A stretch of DNA of 64,000 nucleotides. It comes from Scenedesmus sp. PABB004 (taxonomy: Eukaryota). The stretch lies in assembly GCA_014905635.1 (NCBI GenBank), contig JABVCE010000011.1:868001-932000 (forward strand), given 5' to 3'. The notes under the pieces are model-generated. The model ran no database searches and was not told the origin of the DNA. It was given only the letters and a program-made list of their open reading frames with translations. Positions 1-28,882 of this stretch are shown here, piece after piece (within the stretch, counting starts at the first letter, position 1; every line of letters starts with the position of its first letter). The position numbers and the translations under genes were made by a program.

Positions 1-779
1 TTCGGCTTTGGCTGCGCGTGCAGCCGCTGCGCGCTCGAGGCCGACGCGCCGCGCGCGCTGACGGCGGCGATCCGGTCCGCGTACGACGCGGTCACCCAGG
101 CGCGACGTGACGTGTGGGGCTGGGCCGGGCGGAGGGGAGGGCAGGACAGGGACGCGTGGGATGGGCGCAGCGCGCGGCGGCCGTGCTGCCAGCGCCGGCG
201 GCGGCGGCGGCGCGGCCGATGCGTGCCGCGCGCGACGCCGCCCCCCCCTCTCGCGCCCGCCGCGCGCAGGAGCTCAAGCCGGCCTTCATGGAGGCGGTGG
301 CGGCGCAGGACGTCGTCGGGCTCGCGGCGACGCAGACGGCGCTGGCCGCGCGCGAGGCCGCGCTGTCGGCCGCGCTCGCCGCGCACCTGCCGCGCCTGAG
401 CGACGGCGCGGCCCTGGTGCTGCAGGCGGGCGCGTACGAGCTGCACGAGCTGCTGCTCTTCTGCGAGCAGCTCGCGCCGGCGCAGCACGGCGGCGGTGGC
501 GGCGGGGAGCGGTCGCACGCGCTGCTCGGCCGGCTGGGGCGGTGCCTCGCGATCGTCGCGGCGGCGAGCAAGGGCGCGGAGCTCCACGTCTTCCTCGCCG
601 CGCGCCTGGCGGCGCACGCGGCCGCGCTGCGCGGCCCCGACTCGCCCGCCGCGGCGGCCGCGGCGGGGCTGCTCGACGGCGCGCTGCGCGCGCGCTACGG
701 CGGCGCGATGGACGACCCCGACCTCGCGCGCGCGCTGCTCGAGGCGAGTGAGGCGGCGGCGGAGGAGTTTCTGATGTGA
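1..779 (+). CDS. 3' part of a probable SET-domain (SMYD-like) protein; 5' end outside window
   Basis: Exon 1-99 reads FGFGCACSRCALE (post-SET-like FxCxCxRC). A phase-0 GC-AG intron 100-269 joins it to exon 270-779, ELKPAFMEAV...EEFLM*. Confidence 0.55.
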
Positions 780-1159
780 TGAGCGCGCCAGGGGGTCGGC
801 CGGGGCGCCTGGCGGCGACTCGCTGCCGGGCGTCATCGGCGCGGCGGCTTTGCAGCAACCGTTCGTCACCCGCCGCCGCGGCTGCCCGCTCAAGCTCGCC
901 GCCGCCGCCACGCCCGCTCAAACCAGCAGCCATCCACGCACTCGCGGCGGCGCGCCCCGCGCGGTCACTCCCACGAGCGGCAGCCGGGCAGCAGCGGCGC
1001 CCAGCGGGGTGAGGCGCCGGCAGCGGCTGCGGCGGCCCTCGCGCCCAAGCCCTGTCCGTCCCGGCCGGACCGTGAGCCTTCCGCGCTCCCCTCAGCCGCG
1101 CCCGCGCGCCCAGGCGCAGCCGGGAGCAGCGGCGCTCGCCGCGGCAGCAGCCAGCGGCG

Positions 1160-3937
1160 ATGGACGCGCCCGCGCGCGGCGCGCTGCTCACGTTTGATGA
1201 AGCGCTCACGGGCTACGTCGGCGAGCTCGGCAGGGTGCGTGGAGCCGCGCGCGCCGCGCCGGCCAGGGCGCCGCCGCGTTGTTTGAGCTCACCGCGCCGC
1301 CGCAGGGCCAGCAGCGCGTCATCGCGCTCGTCTCGCTGCTCTCCATCCCCAACGGCCTCATGTGAGCGGCCGCCGCGGTCACTGCCCAGCGTCCAGCGCC
1401 CAGCGCCCAGCGCGCCCAGCGCGCGCCCGCCGCGGCTCCGCCCCCGCGCGCGCAGCTTCCTGCTGTGGGTGTTCCTGACCATCGACCCGGTGTGCGCGCG
1501 CGCGTGGGCGTGCGCGGACGCGACCGACGCGGCGTGCGCGGCCGTGTGGGCGCGCCCGACGGCGGCGGGGCTCTGCGGCCTGCCGCGCGGCGCGTGGGCG
1601 TGGAGCGCCCCCAACGGCAGCCTCGTGTCGCGCTTCGACCTCGTCTGCGCCGGCGCGTTCAAGGTGCAGCTCGGCAACTCGCTGTTCTTCATCGGCTGCT
1701 TCTTGGGCTCCGCGCTCTGCGGCACGCTCAGCGACCGCCACGGGCGCAAGTGGCCGATGTTTGGCGCGACCGCGCTCGCGGCCGCCGCGACGCTCGCGGG
1801 CGCGGCGGCGCCGGCGTACGCGTTCGCCGCGGCCGCGCGCCTTGTCGCGGGCGTCGGCGCGGCGGGGCAGGTGCAGGGCATCCTGCTGCTCTGCCTCGAG
1901 GTCACCGGCCCCTCACGACGGTGAGTGAGTGAACCAGCGGCGGCAGCGCGCGCGCGCGCGCGCGCGCGGGCGCGCAGCGCGGCGCGCGGCGCAGCGCGCG
2001 GCGTGCGCTGACGCCAGCGACTCCCCCCACACGCCCACCCGCCCCTGCACACACGCCCGCGCGCCGCGGCCAGGGGCGTCGCGGCGATCCCGCAGATGGT
2101 GCTCTTCACGCTCGGGGAGATGCTGCTCGTCGCGCTCGCGCTCGCCCTGCCCGACTGGCGCCACCTGCAGCTCTGCGCGGGCGGCGTCGCCGCGGCGGGC
2201 CTCGCGCTCGCGCCGTTCGTCCCCGAGTCGCCGCGCTGGCTGCTCGCGCAGGGCGGCAAGGCCGCGGCGGCGCGGCAGGCGCGCGGCGTCGCGCTCCTGC
2301 GCAGCATCTCCCGCAGCAACGCCAGCCTCATGCCTGCGGGTGCGGCGGGGAGCAGGGGCGGCGGCGCCCGGGGTGGGGAGGGCGGCGGCGGGGGCTGCGC
2401 GGGCCTGCGCAGAGCGGCGGCGCGGGGTTGCGCGGGGCTGAGCGTCAGGGCGCCCCGCCGCGTCCCGCCGCCGCGCGCAGAGCACCTGATCAGCAGCAGC
2501 AGCTTTGCCGCGTTGCAGGCGTCAATACGTGACGCCGACGGCGAGGCCGGCGGCGACAGTTGCGCGGCCAGCACCGCGGCCAGCAGGGCCAGCAGCGCGG
2601 TCTGGGCGGACGGCGCGGCGGCGGTCGCCGCCGCCGCCGCCGCCCCGCCGGCGAAGCAGGCGCCCGCGGCGGCAGCGCTGCCGGGGGGGGCCGGCCCGGC
2701 GCCGCCGCCGCGGCAGCTGTCGCTGCTCGACCTGCTGCGCCACCGCCGGGTCGTGGTGCTGTGGGGGGTCATGATGCTGGTGTGGGCGGCCAACTTTCTG
2801 TCCTTCTACGGCATCGCCCTCGGCACGGGCGGCCTGCCGGGCTCGATGTGAGCCGCGCGGCACGCGCGCGACATGCGCACGCGCGGCGCGCCGCGCGCTG
2901 TGCGCCCTGCGCCTGCGGCACGCGCGGCGCGCCTGCCTGACCCGCCGCCCGCCCTCTCCCGCCCGGGCAGCTACCTGAGTTTTTCCGTGAGCGCGGCGGC
3001 GCAGCTGGTCGCCACGCTTGCGGCTGGCGCGCTCGTGGACCGGCTCGGCCGCACCAACCTCATGTCCGGTGCGCTCCTCCTCGGCGGCGGCGCGTGCCTC
3101 GCGTGCGCCGGCGTGGGCAGCGTGGGCGCCGGCGCGTACGCGACGGCGCAGATCGTGCTGGCGGCGGTGGGCCAGTTTGGCGCGACCGCCAGCATCGCCG
3201 CAACGCCCACGTACACGGCTGAACTCTTTCCGACCCAGGCGCGTGCCGGCCTGCCCCGCGCGGCGCGCGAGGAGCTCGCTCGCGCCCGCATGGGTGTGGC
3301 GCGCGCGCTGAGCGCGCTGAGCGCGGCCCCCGCGCCGCCGCCGCCGCCGCGCAGGTGCGCTCGCGCGCGCTGGGCGCCTGCCACGTCGCGTGCCGCCTGG
3401 GGTCCATCTCGGCGCCGCTGCTGCTGATGGCGGGCGCGGCGACGGCGAGCAGCTTGGGGCGTGGGCCGACCTTCCTGCCCTTTCTGCTGCTCGGGGCGGT
3501 GACGGGCGCGGCGGGCGCGGCGATGCTGGTCATGCCTGAGACCGCCGGCCGGGGGATGGTCGACACCATCGAGGCGCGATTGCGTGCGCGGCGGGACGCC
3601 ACACGCCCGCAGCGGCAGCGGCGCGCGCCGGCGCCGGGCGGCCGGGGCGGCGCGTGCGGCGACGCCGGCTGACGCCGCGCCGCTGACCCCGCCCGCTCGC
3701 GCGTGCTGCCGCGCACAGGACCTGACGCAGCTGCCGACGGTGTTTGACGCCAAGCCCTGGCGCGGCGGCGGCGGGCTGCGCGCGACTGCCGCGTTCCTCC
3801 TCCGCACGCGCGGCGCGCCGGCGCCGGCGCCGCCGCGCTGCGGGCCGGGCGCCTGCGACGCCAGCGCCGCTGCCGCGGCCGAGCACGTCGTCACGCTGCC
3901 GCATGGGTGCTCCGCCACCGCACGGGCGGCCAGCTGA
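1160..3937 (+). CDS. MFS transporter, organic cation transporter (SLC22/OCT)-like, multi-exon
   Basis: Exons read FDEALTGYVGELG, SLVSRFDLVC, LSDRHGRK, PESPRWLL, LVDRLGR, YTAELFPT, RLGSISAP and MPETAG, typical SLC22/sugar-porter motifs. TGA at 3935-3937. Confidence 0.85.
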
Positions 3938-4404
3938 GCTGCGCTGCGCTCCTGCTCTGCACGCTGGGTATTGGGCGGCGCCCTCTGCGCCGGCCGCACA
4001 GCACCTTGATTTGCTTCCGCACCCGTCATCACTTGCGCTGCAGGCTCGTGATCAGGGACACGGCCGAGCGCTGTTGCAGGACGAAGCACGGCCCGGGCAG
4101 CCCCCGCGCCAGATTGGCGCGGGCGCCGGCCAGCTGCTCCACGGCGCCTGCCAGCGCCGCTGGGCGTGCGCAGCAGCTAAACATGCTGCACGCGTGACCT
4201 CTTGGCCGGGCCATCAGCGAGGCAGGCGGCGCGCCTGTTGCTGTTGGCGCTGCGGCCCGGTCGACAGCCTGGCAGCAGCGGCGCTCGCGACGAGGAGGGC
4301 GCGGCGCGGCGGCGCGGTGGCGGCGGTGCGGGCAGCCTCGGCCGCTGAGGGAGAGACGCGGGCGCACGCGTCTGTACGCGGATCGTGCCGGCTGATCGCC
4401 AAAT

Positions 4405-4409
4405 TGTAA
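4405..4409 (+). promoter_or_regulatory. TGTAA polyadenylation signal (MFS gene)
   Basis: TGTAA is the established chlorophyte poly(A) signal, is rare in this GC-rich DNA, and lies downstream of the stop codon. Confidence 0.55.
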
Positions 4410-4680
4410 CATCGTGCGCGTCTGCAGAAGCCACCTCGTCACCTGGCTGCTGCACTGCATGAGCCGCCCATCGACGTCTGCTCACACTCGGGGCGGCGCA
4501 CACTCCTTCGTCGCAGCTCCCCGACGCCACCTCGCGCGCGTAAGGCTATTGCACCCTTGCCTGTGCAGTCTTAGAGCAGTCGCAGCCCAGAGCGCCGCAG
4601 CAATCAGCAGCAGCCGCCGGGCGCCGCGTGCGCGCCGCGCGACACCGGGGGCTGCGCCCGCCGCGCAGCGCAGCGCCGCG

Positions 4681-7367
4681 ATGGAGGACCTGCTGCTCTC
4701 GATGCCGAGCGACTTGGTGCCCGCCTTCCCTCTCGACTTCGACCCGTCCGCGCTGCTGGCCGAGGACGACGACGCCGACGGTGGCGACTTCCAGAACTGG
4801 CTGCGCAACGAGCTGGACCTGCTGCCGGACGTCGTGGACGACCCGGCGGCGCCGCCGCCGCCGCTCCTCGCGCAGGCGCCGCCAGCCCAGCAGGGCGCGG
4901 GGAAGCAGGATTGGGGCGGCCAGGGACAGGCGCCGGGCGTGCTGGAGCTGTTCAACGCGCACTGGGCGATGCCGGGCGCCGAGGTGGCGTCGGCGCAGCC
5001 GCTGCCGCCGTGGATGGTCGACGCCTCGCAGTGGCCGCAGCCGCCCCAGCAGCAGCAGAACGGCTTCCTGGCCATGCCCCCGGCCGGCTGGGAGCCGGCC
5101 GGCGGCTGGCCGGCGGCGACGGTGACGACGCAGCAGTCGGTGCCGCGCCAGTTCACCGCGCTCGCCGGCGGCCCGCCGCCGGCCGGCGGCGGCGCGGCGC
5201 CGCGCGCGCCGGCGCCGGCGGCGGCGTCCAAGCCCAAGGCGCCGTCGCGGCGCTTCCGCGAGCGCCAGAAGGAGGCGATCTCGAGCATGGAGGCCGAGGT
5301 TGCGGCCAAGCTCGCGCAGCTGCAGGTGCTGAGTGCGGAGAATGAGATGCTCAAGCTCCGCGCCGCGGTGCTCGACGCGACCGTGAAGGGCCGCGACTAC
5401 CACCTGCGCGTGCTGCAGGAGCACGGCCCGCCGAGCTTCGACACGCCGAGCGTCTCGACGGCCACGCGCCGCACGCCCAGCGGCGTGAGCGGCGGCGGCG
5501 GCGACACGCCGCACGCCGACAGCACCGCGAGCTGCGGCAACGCGCCCTCGCCCCGCGGCAGCGCCAGCGGCAGCGGCGACAGCGGGCCGCTGCTGGACAT
5601 GACCTATGCGCTGCCGCACTGCGGCGGCCCCAGCGCCACGGGCATCGCGCCGGCCGCCGACGGCGCGTGCGGCGGCGGCGCCGACGCCGCGCCGGGCGGC
5701 TGCCTCGGCCCGCCCGACGGCCTGCCGGGCGGCTGCCTCACCGACGCGCCGGGCGGCGGCTGCTGCTCTGAGGAGCAGCGGCGCGCCGAGGTCGCGCGGC
5801 TGGTGAGCATGAGCGTGGCGGACGTCACCGCCGCGTGGCGCAAGTTTGTGGACGAGGCGTCCGCCACGCTGATCGCTGCCGAGGAGTACGAGGCCGCGGC
5901 GCACAGCGACGCCGCGACCGCGACCGCTGTGCGGAGCGGCGTCAGCGGCGGCAGCCCCGCCGCGAGCGGCTGCGCCGCCGACAGCGTGTCGCCCACGTGC
6001 CGCTGGTGCGGGGGCTGCGACAGCGAGGAGCACCGCGCAGGCGGGTGCGGGCCGGGCGTCTGCGGCGCCGGCGCCGCGAGCCCGGCGGCGCCGCCGCGGC
6101 CGGAGCCGTCGCCCGCGTGCGCCAAGATGACCGCCCTGGTCGCGCGATACAGCTACATCACCAAGGTGCGGCGCCCGCGCGCCCGCGCGCTGCGCGCCGC
6201 GGGCTTCAGGCCGCGCCCGGCGCGCCTCGCCCGCCGCCCCTGCCGCCTCGCTCACGCGTGCGCCGCCGCGCCGCCGCCGCGCGTGCGCCGCCGCGCCGCC
6301 GCCGCGCGTGCGCCGCAGTGGGTCGCCTTCCTGAGCCCCGGCACGCTTTACTCCCTGTTTGGGCGCCACCTCGAGACGGGCGAGCCGCACCCCTACACCG
6401 ACGAGCACTGGCGCGGCGTCGTCGCGCGCATCGGCCTCACCCAGCACCAGGCGCGGCGCGGCGCGGCGCGACAGCCTCGGCGGCGGGGCGCCCCGCGGCG
6501 CGGCGCGGCCGCGGCGCACGGGCGGGGCGCGGGGCTAACACCGCGCCGCGCGCGCTGTGCTTGCTGTGCTGTGCGCTGTGCGCGCAGGTCACGGCCATCC
6601 TGGCGTGCGCTGAGCTCTACTTCACGAGCCTCACCCGCCTGCTGGACCAGCGCCGCGAGCTGCAGGAGCGCCTCGCCGCGGCCGACCCGGGGCTGTCGGA
6701 GTGCGCGCGGCGGCTGGGCGGGTACGACGGCAACGTCGACCAGATGACGGTGCTCGAGGCCCTGGCCAACAACCTCAAGCGCGAGCACGTGCTGCGCATC
6801 ATGCTCAACTGCTTCGTCTGGGGCCGCACCCTCACGTCCAAGCAGTTTGCGCAGGCCGCCGTCTACAGGCGCGCCCGCCGGCCCGCGCACGCGCTGCGCC
6901 GCCGCGGGGTGCTGCTCGCCGGGCCCTGCCTCTCCTGTGTGTGCGCGCGCGCGCCGCCGCCGCGCCGCCGGCGCCATCTGACGCCCCGCCCCGCCGCCGC
7001 CCGGCGCCCCGCCCCGACCGCTGCGCCGCGCAGCTACCCCTTTTTCACTGACAGCCACGCCATGGTCGCGGTGCTGTACGAGGTGACCGCGGCGCTTGCG
7101 GGGCCGCAGGGGGCGCGAGGGCAGGGCAGGGCAGGGACGCGGGGCAGGCCGGCGGGCGAGACGAGGGGCCGCCGCCGTCGCCGAGCCCTGCGCGCGGCGC
7201 CGCGCCGCGCTGCGGCCCACGCCGCGCGCCGCCGCGGCCGCCGCCCGCAGGACGCGACGGCGCTCGCGGGCGGGCAGCGCGCGCTGGTCTTCCCGCACCG
7301 GCAGGGCTCCGTGACGGCGTCGACGGCGCCCGCGCCTGCGGCGCTGGCGGCGCAGCTGGCGGCGTGA
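4681..7367 (+). CDS. bZIP-like transcription factor, multi-exon
   Basis: Basic region plus heptad repeat SRRFRERQKEAISSMEAEVAAKLAQLQVLSAENEMLKLRAAVL, acidic N-terminus, further exons to TGA at 7365-7367. Confidence 0.7.
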
Positions 7368-7815
7368 GCTGGGGCGCGGCGCAGCGGGGAACGGGGGCGG
7401 CGCCGCCGGCGGGCTGGGCTTTGATGAACTGATTATGGCGCGTGGGCTGTGGCGGGGGCGGGGCGGGCGGCGGTGATGACGCGGGGGGGTGCAGCCCCGC
7501 GCGGAGGCTGCTGCCGCAAGCGACGACGACGACGTGCTGCCGGGGAGCCACCATGGTGGGGCGTACGACGGCGGCGGCGGCGGCGGGTGCAACGGAACCT
7601 CTCTTCTGAAGTTGCGCAGCAGTTGCGGGGGCGACGACTCACTTGTCTATCGGCGGCGCCACACCACACCCGGGTTGCCGGGGAGCTTGCTGAAAAATTG
7701 CATAGCGGCGGTGAAGGGCGGCGGCGAAGGGCGGCGGTGAAGGGCTGGTTTGCTGACGGCTCGTTGGCGGCTGGTTGGCGGCCGCGAGGCCGCGGTGCCG
7801 CGGGCAACACCCTGG

Positions 7816-7820
7816 TTACA
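7816..7820 (-). promoter_or_regulatory. TGTAA polyadenylation signal (BRR2)
   Basis: TTACA on the + strand, about 135 nt past the BRR2 stop codon. Confidence 0.6.
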
Positions 7821-7955
7821 CGAGCAGCGCAGCGCGCGCGCCCCGGTTCACTGCAGCCCGCGCCCCGCAGCCCCGCTCCCCCCGCAGCAGCAGCGCGCGC
7901 GCTGCTGCTGGCCCGCCCGCCCCCCCCCCCCCCCCCCCCACGCGCCGCCGCCGCG

Positions 7956-23877
<15,922 letters not shown>

Positions 23878-24324
23878 GCTGGGCGCCCTCGCCTCAGCCC
23901 CGCGCTGCTGCTGCCTCCGCCCCGGGCCGCGCCGGGCGCGCCGGGCGCCGGCGAGGCGGTTGCAGGGCTGGTGCGCCCTGGGCCGCGCCTGGGCGGCGCG
24001 GGGGCTGGATCTGGGCCCGCTGCTGGCCGGGACAGCCCTGGGCGCGGGCTGGTGGGCGCGGTCGGGCTGTGCGGCGCCCGGGCCGGCGCGCTGTGATGGG
24101 CGGCGTGTCGGGGGGACGCGACAGGCTCAGGCGAGGGGCAGGGCGACCGCGGTTCCAAACATGACAGCGCGCGGGCCTGATGCCGCGGCCCGCGGCGCGC
24201 ATGGCGGTGCGCACGCGCCTCAACCGTCCCTCTCCCGAGCTGTCCCAGACGTCACACCCGCTCCCGCCAAGGCGCGCCGCCCGTCGGCCCGCAGCGCGAG
24301 CAGCAGCCGCCGGCGCCGGCCGCG

Positions 24325-25835
24325 ATGGTCGCGAGCCTCCTGCTGCCGCTCAGCGGCGCCAACATCACGGTCAAGGTTCACCCCGTAGTGCTCCTCCAGA
24401 TCTGCGACGCCTTCATCCGGCGGCCAGACAAGCAGGACCGCGTGATTGGCACGCTCCTGGGCGCTGTCGCGGACGGCGTGGTGCACGTCAGCCGCTGCTA
24501 CGTGGTGCCCCACAACGAGAGCGCAGACCAGGCGCGCCCGCGCCGCCGGCGAGGCCGGCGCGGCCGGCGCGGGCCCGCGGCGGGCGGCGCCGAGCGGCAG
24601 CGCCGCTGCTGCCAACGCCCGCTGCCGGCGCGCCGCGCCGCCCGCGCAGGTGGCGGTGGACATCGTGCACCACCGCACCATGCACGAGCTCCACCAACGC
24701 GTGGCGCCCAACCAGATCATCGTCGGCTGGTACGCGGCCGCGCCGGCGGCCGAACGGCGCGCCGGCCGCGCCCGCGCGCGCGCGGCGGCCGCGCGGCCGC
24801 GGCCCGCCGAGCAGCAGCCGCCGCCCCGCCGCCGCGCGCCCAGGTTCTCCACCGGCGGCGCCGTGGGCAGCAGCGACGCGCTGATCCAGGAGCACTACTC
24901 CAAGGAGGTCTCCACCGCGCACGGCCCGGTGCGCGCGCGGCGCCAGGGGCGCCGTGCAGCAGCAGGCGCGCCGCCGTGCGGGCGCGGCGGGGTCCAGCCT
25001 CGCGCGACGCGGGCCCTCCCGCCGACGCGCGCCGCCCCGGGCCGCCCCCGCCCCGCCCCGCCCCGCGGCGCAGGTGCACCTGCGCCTCGACACCAGCCTC
25101 GCGCAGGACAGCCTCGCGTGCAGCGCGTACGTGAGCCGCAGCCTGGGCCTCGGCGACAAGCCGCTGGCGGTCGAGTTTGTCGAGGTGCCCACCGACGTGC
25201 TGGCGGGCGAGGTGGAGCGCGTGGGCGGTGCGTGCCTGGGCGCGCCGCGCCGGCGCCCGGGCAGCCGCCGCGGCCTCGCTTCGACGGGGATGCCCACGCC
25301 GCCCGCCTGCCCGCCGCGCGCGTCCCCGCAGCCAACCTGCTCGTGAGCGGCGACCCCGAGAAGGGCCGCCCCGTGGCGGAGCAGGAGACGCTGGCGACGA
25401 GCGTGACGCGGCTGGTGGCGCTGCTGGGCCAGGCGCAGGCGTACGTAGAGGACGTGCTGGTGAGCGGCGCAAACCGCCGCCGCGCCCTTCGCCCGCGCCC
25501 TCCTCCCCGCGCCCTCCGCCCGCGCCTGCCCCGCGCCCTCCCCGCGCGCCCCGCGCCCCTCGCCGCGCGCCTCACCCCGCGGCCCACGCCCGGCGTCTCA
25601 CCCCGCCCCCCGCGCCCCGCGCGCCCAGGCGGGCCGCCGCGCGGGCGACGCGGCGGTCGGGCGGTACCTGGCCGACACGCTGGCGGGGCTGCCGCACTTT
25701 GAGGCGGCCGAGTTTGAGCGCATCTTCAACGAGGGCGTGCAGGACGACCTGCTGCTCACCTACTTTGCGCACCTCGTGCGCAGCCAGGTCAGCCTCGCGG
25801 AGCGCCTCGGCACGAGCGCGCTGCCCCTCATCTGA
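24325..25835 (+). CDS. EIF3F: Eukaryotic translation initiation factor 3 subunit F (MPN domain), multi-exon
   Basis: VKVHPVVLLQICDAFIRRPDKQDRVIGTLLG, VPHNES, IVGW-FSTG, and C-terminal FNEGVQDDLLLTYFAHLVRSQVSLAERL. Confidence 0.93.
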
Positions 25836-25923
25836 CCGCACGCAGCACCGCGCGGCGGCGCCGGGGGGTGGGGCTTTGGTGGGGCGGGGCGGGGGGCTGG
25901 GCTGCGGGCGCGGGCGTGTCGCG

Positions 25924-25928
25924 TGTAA
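25924..25928 (+). promoter_or_regulatory. TGTAA polyadenylation signal (EIF3F)
   Basis: TGTAA about 90 nt after the stop codon. Confidence 0.6.
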
Positions 25929-26311
25929 ACGCTTTCCATCGAGAGCCGCGGCGCACAGGCGCCGCCGCCCAGCCGCCCGCCGCCTCGGCGCGCGTCCCGG
26001 CGCGTCCCTCCTCCGGGTCGTCATCAGGCGATGATTGGGTTGGCCCCCGTCCGTGCGCTGCCTGCCCGACACACACCGCCCCGCTCGCTGTTCAAACCCC
26101 GCGGCGCACAGGCGGGGCGCCGCCGTGGCCTTATGCTCAATCAATCAAATCCCCGCGGCGTCGCAGCCGCGCTGATGTTCCGAGCCGCGGCGGCGCGCGC
26201 CGCCGCCGCGGCCGCCGCCGCCGCCGCCGCGGCCGCCGCCGCCGCCGCACTCGCGCGGGGCAAAAGTGATGGCCGCGGCGCGTCCACCACGCGTGCGCTC
26301 GCTGCCCGCGC

Positions 26312-28551
26312 TCACGCTGCGCGCGGCAGGCGCACCAGCACCGCGCTCGCGGGCGGCATGTACAGGCTCAGCTTGGTCCCGCCGTCGCCCGCGGCGACCG
26401 CGACGCTCTCGGTCGTCGGCGCGCCGCTCGGCACGCCGCCGTTGCCGTAGCTCACGCCGCCGAGCGTGATGCCGCCCGTCGCGCTCAGCGGGGACGGCCC
26501 CGCCGCGAGCAGGCGCAGCGCGGTCGCGGCCTTGGCGTAGCCGGACGGCGCGCGCGGGACGACGAGGCTGGCGGTGCCGGCGCGGGCGGGGTCCTTGTTT
26601 ATGACCACCCACCTGCCAGCAGGCCGCGGCGGCGGCGCGTGAGCGGCGCGGCGGCGGCGGCGGCGCGGCAGCCCGCACGCGGGCGGCGCGGCAGCCCGCG
26701 GTGAGCGCGGGCGCCCGCGGTGCGCGCGGGGCGAGCGCACCGCATCTCCTTGGTCGCGACGTCCTCGAGCGCCCAGACCTTGAGCGCGCGGCCGGCGTCG
26801 CCGGTCGCGGCCGTGGGCCGGCCGCGCAGCAGGCGGCTGCCGCCGCGCACGGCCATCTGGAAGAGCAGCATGCCGTAGAAGGGCGGCCGCAGCATCGGCG
26901 CCGCGAGGCGGCCGGAGGGCTCGTACCAGCGGATGACCGCGGCGTAGAGGTTTTGGCCCGCGCCCTGGTGGAAGTTGACGCCCACGCCGCCCGCCGCTGC
27001 GACCTCGAGGCTCGCGTCGAGCGTCCACAGCGCGGCGGCAAAGACGTTGGACACGCCGTCGCGGCCGCTGTTGCTGATCGTGTTCATCTCCGCCACGCGC
27101 AGCGGCTTGCCGTAGCTGCGTGCGGGGCGGGGCGCGCGCGGCGGGGCGCGGCGCGTGAGCCCTGCGGCTCGCCGCCGCCGCCGCCGCCGCAGGCAGCCGG
27201 CGCCGGCCGGCCGCGCGCCTGTTGCTGACGGCCACGATCTGCGCGAGGTTGGCCATCTCCTTGCGTATGGGCTCCTCGTCCAGCAGGCTCGCCGGCGTGA
27301 CGAGCGTCTCCGCGGTCGCCTTGTACCAGTGCACGCTCGTCATCTCCACCCAGCGCCCGTTGGTCCTGCCCGCGGCGCGGTTGGTCGGCGGGCGCCGCGC
27401 GCCGCGCCGGCAGGGTCGCCCCGCGTGCCCGCCCGCCGCCGCGCCTGCTGCGCCTGCCGCGCGCGGCGGCCAGCTGCAGCCGAGGCCCCGCCCGGCTGCG
27501 TCAGCCTGCTCACTTGAGGAACCAGTCGATCGTGGTCGTGCGCAGGTTGACGTGGCCCCACACGGGCCCCGTGAACAGCCCGTCCTGGCAGCTGCTGGGG
27601 CCGTTGCGGCACGAGAGCGCCTCGGCCATCGCGTACCACTCTGCCCCGGCAGACGGCGGCGCGCGGCGCGGCAGACGGCGGGTCAGCCGCGCGCGGCGCG
27701 CCTAGCCTGCCAGGCGCTGCCCGCCGCCCCTCGCGTGCGCACCGGTGTGGTAGCAGCAGCTGAGGTAGTCGTTGAAGCTGGCGACCATCTTGGTCCCGTT
27801 CCAGTGCGTGCTGCTCTTGTTGGCATAGTAGTCGGGCTGCCGCGCGCGCGGCAGGCCGCCGCCGGCCGTCAGGGGGCAGGGTCACCGCCGCAGCGCGCCG
27901 CGCCGCGCCGTGCCGCGCCGCCGCCGCTGCCGCTGCCGCCGGCGGCGCCGCACCTCGTTGCCGATCTCAAAGCTGATGATCGACTCGGCGGGCAGCCCCG
28001 CGCGCGCGGCGTCCATCTGGCTGCGTGACAGCGCGACGTCGTTGTTGAAGAGGTTGAGCCCCAGTATGAAGCGCATGCCCGTGTCGCGGTGCAGCGCCGT
28101 GAGCGCGGCCCACACGTCGGGCGTCGGCACCGTCGTGAGCTTGTCGGTGCTGCCGCCGCCCACGCGCAGCACGAGGGGGCCGCCGCCGAAGCTCTGCAGC
28201 AGGCGGATGATGTCGCCGTACTGCGGGATGGTGTGCAGCTCCTCCACGAAGGGCCACTCGTGGCTGAAGCCCATGAACGACTGCGGGATGACCCGGCCAG
28301 GGCCGTCCAGCTCCGCCGCGGTCGTGGACGCGAAGGCCGGCGCCACGATCGTGTACCCACGCGCCTGCTGCGCGCGACCTGCGCCCGCCAGGCCGGTCAG
28401 GCGGCGCGCCGGGCGCGCCAGCCCCGCACACACCGGGCGCGGATGGCTGGCCGTTGGCGCGCGCGCACGCACCCGGCGCGCCGGCCGCCAGCAGCAGCGC
28501 CAGCACCAGCAGCACCGCCCCAGCAGCAGCCGCGCCCCGCCGGGGCGCCAT
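26312..28551 (-). CDS. Secreted glycoside hydrolase family 79 (beta-glucuronidase/heparanase-like), multi-exon
   Basis: Signal-like N-terminus, FMGFSHEW, LRVGGGSTD, FEIGNE-PD (acid/base), EMNTISNSGRDGVSNVFAAALWTLD (nucleophile region), GVNFHQG, PPFYGML and VVINKD. Confidence 0.85.
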
Positions 28552-28882
28552 GGCGGCGGAGGCAGGCGCTGGCAGCAGCAGCAGCAGCACTTTCGCGCGC
28601 GGGGAGCCTAGGGGCCACGCCTCGCCGATCACCAGAACGCGCGACGCTCCAGAGCACGAACGCGGTGATCGGGACGCCCGGGCGCGCCCGGCGTGCGCAG
28701 CTGGGCGGTCGGCCAGGCTCGGGCTCGGCGAAAGCCCCGTTGCCGCAGCGCACGGCCCAGGCGGCGCTCTCGAAGACCCACGCGCACGCCGCACGCGCAC
28801 CCATAGTCGGCGGCGCATCCGCCGCCGCCAACCGCCTTGCGGTGACGCTCGCTGCGCGCCTCCGGCACTCGCGGACCCGCCG

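Noticed and set aside
7418..7436. TGATGA immediately followed by CTGA
   Set aside because: No room for a guide sequence; lies in the bZIP 3' UTR.
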